Assembly: GCA_964187785.1 (NCBI GenBank)
Contig: OZ076409.1
Location: 87,856,001 to 87,920,000 of the forward strand
DNA from: Amphiscolops sp. MND2022
Taxonomy: Eukaryota
Length of the DNA stretch: 64,000 bases
Reading direction: 5' to 3'
Part shown: positions 1-11,592 of the stretch, in pieces
Layout: each line of letters starts with the position of its first letter
Position numbering within the stretch: the first letter of the stretch is position 1
Program-made: the position numbers and the translations under genes
The notes under the pieces: model-generated
The model's database searches: none
What the model was told of the DNA's origin: nothing
What the model saw: the letters and a program-made list of their open reading frames with translations, nothing else

Positions 1-2700
1 GTACTGTCTGTCCAACAGAATGTGCTATTGATGAACAACCTGTGCTCTTTCAAAACGAAATTAGCGAGTCGAGCTCCGTTGGCGGCTGCTTGTAGCTCCA
101 AGTTGGGTAGTGTCATCCGTTTCAGGTACTCTGTTCTTACCAATGATGAAGCAAATTTGAACAGATTGGTCCTTGTTGATGATGCGAAAGTAAGTTTCGT
201 TGGCGATAGTTTTTTCTGATGAGTCATTGAAGATATGAAGCTCCACTACGGCGGGTGAACTGTCTTTGAAGTAATGTCGAGGGATTGCTAGTGTCTGATC
301 CAAGATACAAGGTCAGGAGGGCGGCTCATATCAAGTTTGGTGTCCCAGCTCAAGTGTTGCTTCCATATCTCCTGGAGAGCTTGTCGCAGACGAATTGCTA
401 ATGGTCCTGTCAACACAAGTGGGTCAAATATAGAAGAAAGAAGTTCTCTTTGGGTCATATAACCCTTATCTAAGAAGACTAGAAACTTTTCTCGGTCGAT
501 GAGGTAGGTGTCTATTGAAGGTGTCCATTGAACACCAAGCACTCGTTGAGTTTTATTGGCAAGAAAATTGTCAATGGCGTTGGATACTAGATGTTTTTGT
601 TCTGTTTGATGTAGGAAGTGTAAATTATTGGCGCTCCAGTTGAATTAAATAAAACGTTCAGAACAAAAGTCATTCTCAGTTCCTCCGCAACTAATGTTGC
701 TGCGTCCACTGTGTCGAGAATTGTGAATAAGTCGTCCATGTAGATGTCCTGTGTGATAAATCACTGTATTTCTGGTCTACTGTGGGCGTGATCAGCTGCA
801 CATCTTTGAACCGGATAACAAGCTACACAGGGCGAATCCGTCGCTCCAAAGATGTGGCCTGTATACTGGTACGTGATCTGCTGTCCATTTGTTGTCCACA
901 GAAATCGCAAATGGTTAATCTTCGGGTTTCATTTTTACCTGCATAAACATTGCCTCTATGTCAGCAGTGTTTATAACTGTTCCTTGTCGAAATCTCATGA
1001 CAATTCCTGTCAGGTTACAAAGAATGTCGCGTACTGCTGTTCAGTGATACTCCTTGTTATGTACTACAGGCGTAGGTCACTCTTCTTACTTTTCCGGGTT
1101 TGTTGATGTTAGTAACCGGATGATGCGGAAGAAACCAAGCTTTGGCTGCTGCATTGGATTTAAGGTACACTTCGGTGATGTATCTTTTGGCGACAATAGA
1201 GTCAATCGTTTTTGGTAGAGATTCTTTAGATGGTGGTCTGGGGGCCCTTATTGAGTTGTTACTGTAGTGATCTCAGTTGTAGGTCGGCAACTATCCGGTT
1301 ATTCGAAAGTTTGACGTCGTCTTTCCACAGACGACCGATTTCGTAATGGCCATTAACAAGTTTTGTGGTCGATGCTAGATTCTTCAAGGCCATTTTGACT
1401 TGTTTTGAGTAGCTATAAACTTCCTCGTTTACTCCTGTTGTGTCGAATTGTATCAAAATTGAAACTTGTTGATACAAATCGCGATCAAAATCATCAGTTC
1501 GTGGGCATTGTTGATAATTAGTCGGTGCTGTTGTTGGTGGGGCAGACGTTCGCCCGGCGACTGTCCATCGTAAGAGAGTGTTGATTGCTTTAGGGCTATT
1601 TGGTGGTCAATTGATCACCCCTCGGCTCAATATTAGGTCGTATGCATCCATTCCAACGACGAGAAATGTATTTGTTGGCTGAAAAAGGGTTTACTATATG
1701 GATTAAGTGTGGGTTGTTTTTGGCAAATTTCATTGATAATGTCAGGTTGAATGTTGTTCAGATTCAGTCGAGGATCAGTTACAACATTTTCAAGAAGAGT
1801 GTAGGGCTGCGTTGAAGATCTGTAATGTCCTATCGTGACTTGAAGAGATGCGACTAAGATTTCATAAGTTTAATGAACCCCAGTCACTGTTATTGTTTCG
1901 TTGGGTTCCAGGCCAGGAACAAGTTGTCTTGCGGCGGCATCGGTCAGTAGCGTAAGAGAATTCCCGGAATTCAGAAGAGCGTAGGTGTCCAATGTTCTCG
2001 AACCACTTGACAATGTTACTGGTAGGATCGGCAACAAAGAAGGTGATCTCATTGCGCGATGAGTCATCTTTTCGACATTTGTCATATCCGAGCTTTGCAC
2101 TGTCGTGGTGAAAAGGCGAATCCAGTCAAACCATTTCAGAGGATTTCTGTCGTACTCTGTAGGTTTGACTGACGGTAGAGACTTTTTGAATGATGTTGAC
2201 ATTGAACCTGCTGTTGTAATTGCTGCTGCTGTTGAAGTGGCAGCTTCTTGAACATCTATCGAAAACGTTCTGTCGGTGTCAACAGTTGCATTGACAATGT
2301 CTTTGACAGTTTTGGCTTTTGAACTCTGTTTGTTTTCGACAGAATTTTTTGAACTGCATAATTAACTGTTGTACGTCATCTCGAGTTTTATTATAGTGTT
2401 CTGTATGTTCTTCATGGACAGCAGAACTCTCCGAATTTACAACAAAATCGTTTGTAGATTTTTCTAGCTCTTTTAGCTTCACATTCATTTCATCAATGAT
2501 TTCAGCGAAGAAATCGGTGTCTGCATTTTCGTCAATGCATTTTCTCATGAAATCAAGCAAGCTATATATGTCTTTCAAACATAAGTTTCGCAGAGCAATA
2601 TTTTCTTTTAGTTGATCCTCTTTGCATTTTATTGACCATTTTGTTCGATGCAACTTGTGTTTCTCAGCAGTTTTTTTTTAGCTGGTATGTATTTCAGAGG
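1..2700 (-). mobile_element. Degenerate BEL/Pao LTR retrotransposon (gag-protease-RT-RNase H), running off the left edge
   Basis: Minus-strand fragments carry BEL/Pao motifs: EYDRNPLKWFDW (gag), YALLNSGNSLT (protease), WFLPHHPV, HIFGATDSPCVA and YMDDL (RT), LGVQW, TQRELLSSIFDPL and LHIFNDSSEK (Peptidase_A17/RNase H region). Many stops and frameshifts. Confidence 0.9.
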
Positions 2701-3444
2701 AGAAAATGGTAGGTTTGAGTTCACGACACTTTTTATGATTTGCTTCCAACGTTACAAATGGCAGTTTCAAGGTTGACTTTCGAACGTTTGAGTCTGTTGA
2801 AGAACTGGTAATTGAGTCCTTTGTGGGATAAGCCAAAAAGTTTAGGGGAAAATTGTCCCGATTAAAATGAAGAATAAAATGTCGAAAATGTCCTTTCTTC
2901 CAAAATAAGACAGGTCTAATTTTAAGTGAAGACTTCTTTTGGCGCGTCTTGAAGAACTGCATATGAGTCACATTTACAATCTGACGTTAATTGATTAACA
3001 ATGTGAGTCAATGAGTAGTTCACAAAAGTTAATGAGTCATTCAGGTCTGCGTAGAATTAGAATATAACAAGGCGCAGTGAGCCACATCCTAAATTGCTCC
3101 AAAAGTTCACATCGGAAGATGACGTAAGACCCATTCACCATTACAAATGCCCGAAGCGACAGAACAAAAGATATCTTTGACCATACCAATCTTCAGCCAT
3201 GTAAATACGGACCTAATCATACCAGACTCTGATTAAAGATGGCCAAAATCGATGTTGTTTATTGAACTAACGCAAAACGTCTTAAGTGAATGATAGACCA
3301 ACAGAACATCAAGCCACGCAACAAAACAACAAATAAAACTGCGAAAACTTTCGAAAGTGGAAATTAGACATACACAAAGGGAATGTGTAAATCACGTAAT
3401 TACCACACAACTACACAACTAACTGAATAGCGGTAGGTCATTAA

Positions 3445-3958
3445 CCCTAAATGGACCAGGACATTTCCGGATCCATTCAAAAATCTGGTGTTTAAACTTT
3501 AAACCGCAATATCTCCTAAACTATTCAAGTCCGACAAACGATTCATGGCGCGTTCGAAGGAAGACAACCAGGCTTTCAAATTGATTTCTGAATTGCTTCG
3601 CCGCACTGGCTCCGGACTTTGCGCCAAAACTTTGCACGCCTCGTGTCTCTGAATGCATTTCAGCATGTTTCAACACATGCTGGGGTCACTTTGACCCAAT
3701 CTCGATACCAGTGAGATAAAAGGGTCAGAAACAAAAACTGGAAAAACGGAATATCTGCGCTCAATTTTTTTTTGATTTTTTGGTCCAATTTTCATGATTT
3801 CGCAGACATCATGTCAATATTTCGTGAAATGGCGTGCAATGCTGTGTAAAATCGTCTGAAAATCTTATTCAAGAGTTTTTTCACCATACGGTCAGCTGGT
3901 GCGTTTAGAAGTTTGCAGATTTTAACTGGTACGAAATCGTACCATGGTCCATTTAGGG
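3445..3958. mobile_element. piggyBac-type non-autonomous element (MITE), copy 1
   Basis: TIRs ccctaaatggacca / tggtccatttaggg; flanks ttaa and ttga (degraded TTAA TSD); homologous inverted copy at 27806-28325. Confidence 0.85.
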
Positions 3959-5553
3959 TTGAAACAATTAACAGAGCTCTTCAAAAACGGTTTTGCGTTG
4001 GAAAATTTTTCAAAAAACCGATTTTCACTAAGTGAAAGTTTTTTTTAAAGTTTCACTTAAAACCGATTTTTTTTGAACTGCAACCGGAAAAACGTAAGAT
4101 GTGGAAAATATAAATAACTTCCATCCGATCACGACAGAACAATTCAGTATAGCAAAAATAGGATCCATCAAAGCCAACGATCTGAAAGAAAATCTAGAGA
4201 AAGCAGATCAACATATCGAAGAAATCATGAAGCCAGTACAGAGACCCATATCATATTCAACATGAGAACTGAAATACGGCAAAAATGAAGTCAGAACCGT
4301 TACAACGAATATTTGACAATTCAAACAACAGAAAATGGAAACGGACCAGAAAACAAATGCGGAAATCAAAAATGGGATTCCTCACATTACTGAGAGCAGA
4401 ACTGAAAATGCGAAAAAAGTATCGGTAAAAAGTGTGCAGGTAATTCGTCAACAAAAAATTGGAATCAGTTCGTGAAAACAATTCCCAACAATCCCTTTCC
4501 TACACCACTTCAACAACATTGACGCAAACATGGCAGTCTTTTCAGTAAAGGCAACACTGAAAGGATCGAAGCAAAGTTTCATCACAAACACTGGATCAAC
4601 ATTTTCAATACTATTAATCAAACAAGTTGTCGAGAAATATTGCTGTCCGGAAGAAAATCAAAAAGAAGTATATCGATTTCAACAAAAATGAAAAAGAAGT
4701 CCGGCCAAAACAAATGTCATAATGAACAAAAGAAAAATGAACTAAACATTACAGTGGGGTAACCGGCAAGGCCTTCCAAAACTCGGAAAATGTTGGGCAA
4801 AAACTCGGGAATGCATGGGCGAGTTTTGTTGTTCATAACTGAAAATCTCGGAAACGCATGGGCGAAGTCAACTAATTGTTGAACATAATCTGTCCATTCG
4901 TTTCCCACCAAGTGTGGCCTTTCAATTTGATAGAAACTTTGAATACATATCAAAAAATGTCCGAGATATACCTAATCAACTAAAGATAAGGATTTGCCGA
5001 TTATCAGAATTTTAGTAAACCCTTCCCAGGTACTTTTTTTCGAAATAAATTTGAATAATGATTATCAAGCTTCCATGCTTCTCATCATTCCACCTTAAAT
5101 CGAACAACTCTCATTTAATATAATTGAATAAGCTTAAACTCATACTATATATCAATCAATAGGAAGATTAGGAGATTACAAGAAGATTAGATTGGTATCA
5201 TAAGATCTTTCCGGGGGCTTGTCTTTTTGAACAATTTAATCCTCATTACTTTTTGTTTGACTCAATTGTTTAATGTTATTGTTGTCAATTATTACAATGT
5301 CGCTCCACTACTGTTCTTTTGCCCCAAATCGAAAACAAAATGATTCACAAGAGACTGACTCAATTAAGAAACATAATGGAAAAGATATCACAATTGTTAT
5401 GGCAATGGATACAAAAAATGAATAAATTTAAAAACTAAACTGACTTCTGCAATTATTGGCTGCGGAACGACGATATTCGTCATCGCCATTTAAATTGTCC
5501 TGGAAACAATCGATAGATACTCGCACAGTTTTCAGCAGAAACTAAACTTCTTG

Positions 5554-5699
5554 AAGAAAAAATACCACCTTCTTTGGTATGGACTCAGTCCATACCAAAG
5601 AAGGTAGTATTTTTTCTTTAGTTCATTTTTCTTTTGTTCATTATGACATTTGTTTTGGCCGGACTTGTTTTTCATTTTTGTTGACATCGATATACTTCT
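5554..5699. repeat. Fold-back palindrome plus inverted duplication
   Basis: 32-bp arms at 5554-5585 and 5587-5618 (one mismatch, 1-nt loop); 5618-5699 is the reverse complement of ~4664-4746. Confidence 0.9.
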
Positions 5700-6007
5700 G
5701 GCTGAAGAAGGGAATTCAACATTCTCTGTTCATCCAAATACAACAACTAACAGTAATGATATTAAGACTACAGACGGAAGTGGGTTGACGAACGAAGGCT
5801 ATAATCAACGGACTTATTAAAACCGTTCAAAAGTAACGCAGTGGATTTATAATATAAACCGGACACCCGAAAAATAAAGCATCAGGCCCGACCGATACGC
5901 GTTCACTCACAAGAAGTAGTTGGCTCGGAATTGAAAAATTTAAACATCTGGACATACCAAAAAAGCTACGAACCTGAAAATAAACTCATTCATATCACCA
6001 AGAGTTA

Positions 6008-7367
6008 CCCGGATCCAAATTCATAAGTCTTCCATGCGATTCCATGCATGGAACCATATGGTTCCATACGATAATTTCATGCCTTTTCCATGCATGGAAT
6101 CGCATGGAATCATATGGTTCCATGCATGGAATCGCATGGAATCATATGGTTTCATGCATGGAATCGTATGGAATCATATGGTTCCATGCATAGAATCGCA
6201 TGAAATTATATAATTGTAGGCATGAAATCGGATTGAATCATACGGAAAACGAAGGAAACCACAATAATAACATCTGAAAATATCGAACACATTAAAATAA
6301 GATCTAAAACATCAGGAAGAACCTCTAGAATAAGATCTAAAATTACTGAAAGAACCACTGGAACAAGATCTGAGAAAAAAACCGATATCACATCAGAAAA
6401 TGTCGGACTCGGTTTCAAACTGCAAACATAGTTTGCAGAAGCTGAAAACCCAAGTCCTTATACCTAACAGTTTGGAAGCACTCCGATTTTCCGGTTTTAT
6501 TGTATCGTTTTCCGTTTTCCAGTTCAAGTCACATCAAATCCAGTTGTTTTCCAGTTGTTTCCGGAGAGTGACACGCTACCCTAGTTGAAACTGCAGGAAC
6601 TTTTCACATGCTGCAGGCCTGCATGCAGGGTAATTTTTTATAAAACCTAGAAAATTCAGAGAACTTCGGATAGTAAATCATGTACAATTACACTGCATTT
6701 TCCACTCCTGCAATTAAATTTGAAAATAAGTTCCACTACATTACCGACACGATCACTTTGTATTCCCTATTTGTTTTCTCAACTACTCATCTGATTTAAT
6801 CACCGCTTCTCAAATAGGACGCTGAAGATGACGCTAGTTTGTTGTTTACATTGTCAATGAAGTTAATTTGCATTAAAATGGCGGCAAAATTGCAGATGTC
6901 TCAGCTGCTTTTAAAATTAGAACTGATGCATAATGAAACCTGCAAAACTTCAAAGCTTAAAATTGCCGTCAAAACTTTGGTGAATCTTTCAAACAGCTTG
7001 ATAAAAGTTAAATACAACAGGGAAATATTTCCGCATGCAAGTTTTCTTAAGAGTTTTAGAAAATCATAATAAAAGTTGCTGGCAACATAGAAGTACATGC
7101 AAAAAGTTCAAGCAGTTTCAACAAGGGTAGTAAAACGAAAGTTTGAACATTTGAGAATTTCGAATTTTTGCCTTTCGTTCCCTACCTTTCCGTGCATGGA
7201 ATCATATGGTTCCATGCACTTCCATGTATGGAATCATATGATTCCATGCGTGCAATAGCATGGAGGTCTGTAGGCCATGGTTCCATGCATGGAATCGTAT
7301 GGAATCATACGGATCATATGCTTCCATGCATGGAATTGCATGGAATCCTTATGAATTTGGATCTGGG
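6008..7367. mobile_element. Non-autonomous DNA transposon with CCC..GGG ends, TA TSD and subterminal repeat arrays (possibly CMC/EnSpm-like)
   Basis: TIRs cccggatccaaattcataag / cttatgaatttggatctggg; TA on both sides; ccatgcatggaatc-type repeats at ~6030-6205 and ~7190-7350; removing it rejoins the Gypsy RT frame (SPRV|IAVNEQ). Confidence 0.85.
6579..7127. mobile_element. Nested MITE with CCC..GGG ends and TA TSD
   Basis: Imperfect ~30-bp TIRs ccctagttgaaactgcaggaactttt / aaaagttcaagcagtttcaacaaggg, flanked by TA. Confidence 0.8.
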
Positions 7368-9934
7368 TATTGCTGTAAATGAACAAATCGTTAAAATACC
7401 ACTCGATTGAGCCATTCAAACGATTCCTCTATAAAACGACAAGCCCAATTGCCAATTATAAACAGTACATATTCCAAAATTTCAAACAATACCATTCGCG
7501 AGACCGGGACTTCAAAGATCAATTTCGACTACGCCCAAGGACTGATAAAAGTGACAGCGCGAGCACAAAAACACTGTATATTCGCAATGGTCGGCGGAGA
7601 GTTTATCGGGTGCTATTGTTTAAAAAGGGTTGTCACAGCGTAGCAGACATACATCCAATCTTCAACTGAAAATAAACAGAACCATAGATTTTGGAACACC
7701 TGTTTGACTGGATGATAATTTAAAAGTTACGAGAGGATCAATAGAAGAACACAAAACAGAATTCGAAAAGATCCTATCAAAACAAAACCGATCGTGCAAG
7801 CGGAAAAGCAAAACGTTCCATCACAGGATCAGAATGATTGAAGCATATTTAAAGAGAGGCAGAAATAACCACCTGTAGAAAAAATGAATGCTCTCATTGA
7901 AGCCTCCCCGAGAGTTAAAACGGTCTAAATTGAGCGCAATACAACGTTCATCAAAAGTTACATTGATTTTTTCTAGCGAATCCAAAAATTTGGGGCGACC
8001 TCTGGGAAAATAACCGTAACAAAGAAACGTCAGTCTCAAATCGATGCATTGAAAATGGTCTTAAATCAGATTCAAAAATTATTAAAATTATCAAACGCTA
8101 CGGTAAATATTTCGTGAAGATACGCCACGTGGTAGACAAAATGAAAACGAAATCGAAGAAAGCGAGGAAAGTATTTGGGCATTGAAAGAGAATTTTATGA
8201 TGCATTTGGAAACGAAGAAAAGTTTCATGAAAAAATCACTGGTGGAAACTTCAAAAACGATCTAATGAAAATAGTAGATGAAACACCATACAAGGAATTG
8301 AACTTTAATGGAAGGAAACTACAAAAATCTGATCAAAACTAAAACATTTTCAGCCGAAATTTAGAAACCGGGGAAAAGGTCGGGTAGACGCGGAGACCCA
8401 ACTGTTTGTGACAAAATGTACTTTTACCCCCCAAGAAAGTAGATGGTGCACCTGTCAACGAAAATCCGAAGCCAACGGAGACCTCTACAAACATTAGGAG
8501 GCAACATAGAAGAAATACCCTAGAACTAGCCACTGGTAAAGCGGCAGATGCGAGTCAGTCATACAAGATTCAGATTCAGTCGTAAAATATGGAGCTTTTA
8601 ATTAAGTTACAAATAACTAAAATATGATTTTGTTACAGGAAATATCTCCATTGATTACGTGGACACAAGCCTGAATTTTCTGGGAAGATCCCCAAGAATC
8701 AGCCGCTTTCTTGGGGTCTATCACCGTAACAATTAACGACCACAACGACATTGATCAGGCCGCAAACTAGAAAGGGGAATATGGTGCACAACAACTCGCA
8801 GGCTCGTGAAATTTAGTAACCGTGACAGGTAAAGGGTACTTAGACATAGACATAGACACTCACCCTATACAAAAACATATAACTGATCAGTAAAGTCAAA
8901 GCTAGTTACGATTATAAAACTTGAATTGAAGCCTCAGGCTTCCATTTTACTAACCTCTCTTTTATCCGAATAGAACTATCAGAAAATCGAAAATCTTCAT
9001 CGTATTTGGTGTTTGAATAACGGCCCTTCAGCCGGAAACCGGGAAAATGTTTCTCTTGTATTAACTGCCATTTTGTATAAAATTTTTCTAACTAACAAAA
9101 ATTGGAGTGACTTTGATTTTGAAATGACCAAAATTTTCGATTCTTGACTGCAGATATAACTAACCTTGGAAGCACTGTGGGAAAGTTTAGCTCCCGTTAA
9201 TGTAACACAGATCAAGATCAACCAAGTTTTTGCAAGTATCATAATGTGCTTCATAAATTTGAATAGTTTGTATCGTGACTGTGCGTTGTAAATACGTGCC
9301 GTTTTCTAAACTAAATTAACGTCGCACAAACTGAAAGACAAAAAATGAATGAGATTTTCACCTACGTGAAAAGTCACGTTAAGAGTTATCATGCTTTCCT
9401 TTTCTTTGTGCGTGGCTATTCACAAGGTCTGCTAAACTTCCTTAATGGAGTTATAATTTCCTGGCTCCTTATGAATTGAATTAAATATTTCGCTGCAGAG
9501 ACTTGCAAATTACATTTTATCTCGTTTTTTTCCTGATGATTTTTCGTTCAGTTGGCAATGCGTATGTGGCCTTTATAAAGCTATGGAAATGTTTAGTAAT
9601 GAATTTATTGCGAAACCAAGTATACAGAATGTAATGATTCTGTGCCTTCATTGAAAAAAATTTTTTTTTCTGTAAATAAATGACAAAAGTAGGAGTTAAT
9701 TGGTTTCCAATTGAAGATTGGTAGGTGAAAATGCCAATTTTGGTGTCACCATCAAGCTATTTTGTTAAATGAACGTCTTCCATCTGAGCAATGGTCATAG
9801 AAATTGTCCGATGACCGAATTGTTCCCACGTTAAATTCTTCAACAAAAAGTCCTGTTAACACCAGAATATAATCCTCCCTCCTTGAAATGAGAATGTTTG
9901 ACGATTGAAAAAACAAAGCTGTTTGACAACCCAG

Positions 9935-10459
9935 CAGGGGTGCTCAAAAATTGATTGTACTTCCAATTAATTGTAATTAATTGCATACAATTAATTGATT
10001 GGGAATTTGAAACCAATTAGTGAATTGATTTTTGGGGCAAGCAATTAATTGCAATTAATTGTTACAGACAAATGCATGTAGAAGGTATCAAGCTATCTCG
10101 AAAAACGGAAAAATCATCGAAAATTCCTAAAACAGACTGCATGGATTCACGATATCTGTTGCCAACCTCAAACATGGTTGAAAGATTTTTCAGCTTGACA
10201 GGCTTTACTTTCGGTGATTACAGGCAACGGCTGACACCAGCAAATTTTGAGATGCAACTTTTTCTGAAACTGAATAGGGAAGTCTGGGACGAAGAACTTG
10301 TGAGCGAAGTGTGCGCTAGTGTTAAACATTAATGCAATTAATTGCAATTATTTGCAATTGCTGCAATTAATTGATTGCATCTGATGAGTAATTGCAATTA
10401 ATTGATTCTTTCCTGAATAATTGATTTTTTGCCTATCAATTAATTTTTGAGCACCCCTG
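9935..10459 (+). mobile_element. Internally deleted hAT transposon retaining the C-terminal dimerisation-domain coding region
   Basis: TIRs caggggtgctcaaaaatt / aatttttgagcacccctg; perfect 8-bp TSD caacccag at 9927-9934 and 10460-10467; aattaattg subterminal repeats; ORF 10072-10332 contains LLPTSNMVERFFS..RQRLTPANFEMQLFLK. Confidence 0.93.
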
Positions 10460-10658
10460 CAACCCAGTGTTCGAAAAGTAATTCTATTCTCCTAAATTCT
10501 ATTAAAAACGGAACGCAGAAACAATCATTCACCCTCCGAAATCGTAAAATTTGTAAACAAGACACTGCAAATCTTTCACTTTCTCTGTCAATCATCTTAT
10601 CATTTCGTAATCAAATCTTCGGCAAAGAATGATCCGAACCCACGGATATACCGAACCC

Positions 10659-10686
10659 TATATACATATATATATATATATATATA
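10659..10686. repeat. (AT)n microsatellite
   Basis: tatatacatatatatatatatatatata seen directly. Confidence 0.9.
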
Positions 10687-10877
10687 GCATGTATAACAAG
10701 AGACGCCCGGTATGCACCGGGATTTTTTCCGCTTTCAATTGGCTAACAATAGACACGTAATTGAAAATTTCCCCTTTTTTCCGAAACCTCCTCAGTAAAA
10801 CGCAATATCAAATACTAGTAACTAAAATACTCAAGTCAGTCACTTAGTTACGTTACTTAGTTACTTGACTATGTTAG

Positions 10878-11367
10878 ATGGAGATCGTGGCGATTTGGCA
10901 TAATTTGGAAAAAAACGCAGCACAGATTATGATTTTCCTCCCCCATCATATGTGGGCAGAAAATAACAAAAATAACAAAAATGTATGTTTAATTTTGGAA
11001 CCGATTGTGAAACCATCTCGACCAGAGGCTCATATCTAAGTTGCTGTTTCCAGGTGAAATGTCATAGCGGTTGCTATCTCCAGCGGTCTTTCGCGACGCA
11101 ACAGCACAATATATATTTGTGTTAAACTGCTAAAGAGCTAATTGTATTAGCAATTAGAAACATGAGAATGTAAGTAATCGACTGTATTACAAAAAAAGAA
11201 GAGCGTTCCACTGAACTTATGCTCTAGTTCAGTTGACGCGTGGTTCGTGGACAAATCACCTAATCATATGCAATCATTTATTCTTTTCCGCCCACATATA
11301 ATGGGGGAGAAAAATTATTATCTGTTTGCGTTTTTTCCACATTCTGCCAAATCTCCAGGATCTCCAT
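10878..11367. mobile_element. Inverted-repeat (MITE-like) element with ~90-bp imperfect arms
   Basis: atggagatcgtggcgatttggca...cccccatcatatgtgggc (10878-10966) pairs with gcccacatataatggggg...tgccaaatctccaggatctccat (11277-11367). Confidence 0.7.
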
Positions 11368-11477
11368 GACGCCCAAGTTGCTCATAACGATGACTCCCAA
11401 CGATCTCCCACTACTTGACTATTTATTTAGCTACTTGACTCTTTTAGTTACTTAAACTCCATTTGCCAAATCTCCAA

Positions 11478-11592
11478 CATGGCACAGTTGGTAGTATGTC
11501 TCCCTGGCACACACGAGGTCGTGGGTTCGAACCCGGGCTGATGTGTTATTCTTTCAGCGGAAAATACCCCGGTGTTTAGCGGATGTCTTGTG
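11478..11592 (+). mobile_element. tRNA-derived (SINE-like) head joined to a repeat 3' terminus
   Basis: A box tggcacagttgg at 11480-11491; B box ggttcgaaccc at 11524-11534; no intact acceptor stem; tail homologous to the reverse complements of 10695-10733 and 37001-37040. Confidence 0.7.

Larger units (their letters stand above)
3070..8953 (+). mobile_element. Highly decayed Ty3/Gypsy element interrupted by several insertions
   Basis: PBS-like aggcgcagtgagc at 3070; protease-like FITNTGSTFSI ~4580 and GMD/WLKK at 5580/5700; RT VIAVNEQIVKIPLD...DYAQG...KHCIFAMVGGEFIG at 7370-7640; *LDD at 7705-7716; PPT agaaaggggaa at 8769-8779 followed by an LTR-like segment. Boundaries approximate. Confidence 0.7.

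Noticed and set aside
216..245. ctgatga hammerhead-ribozyme core
   Set aside because: No stem II followed by GAAA; it lies in BEL coding sequence. The other ctgatga sites I checked also fail.
11478..11545. Functional tRNA gene
   Set aside because: A and B boxes are present, but there is no convincing acceptor or anticodon stem and the sequence continues into a repeat terminus.
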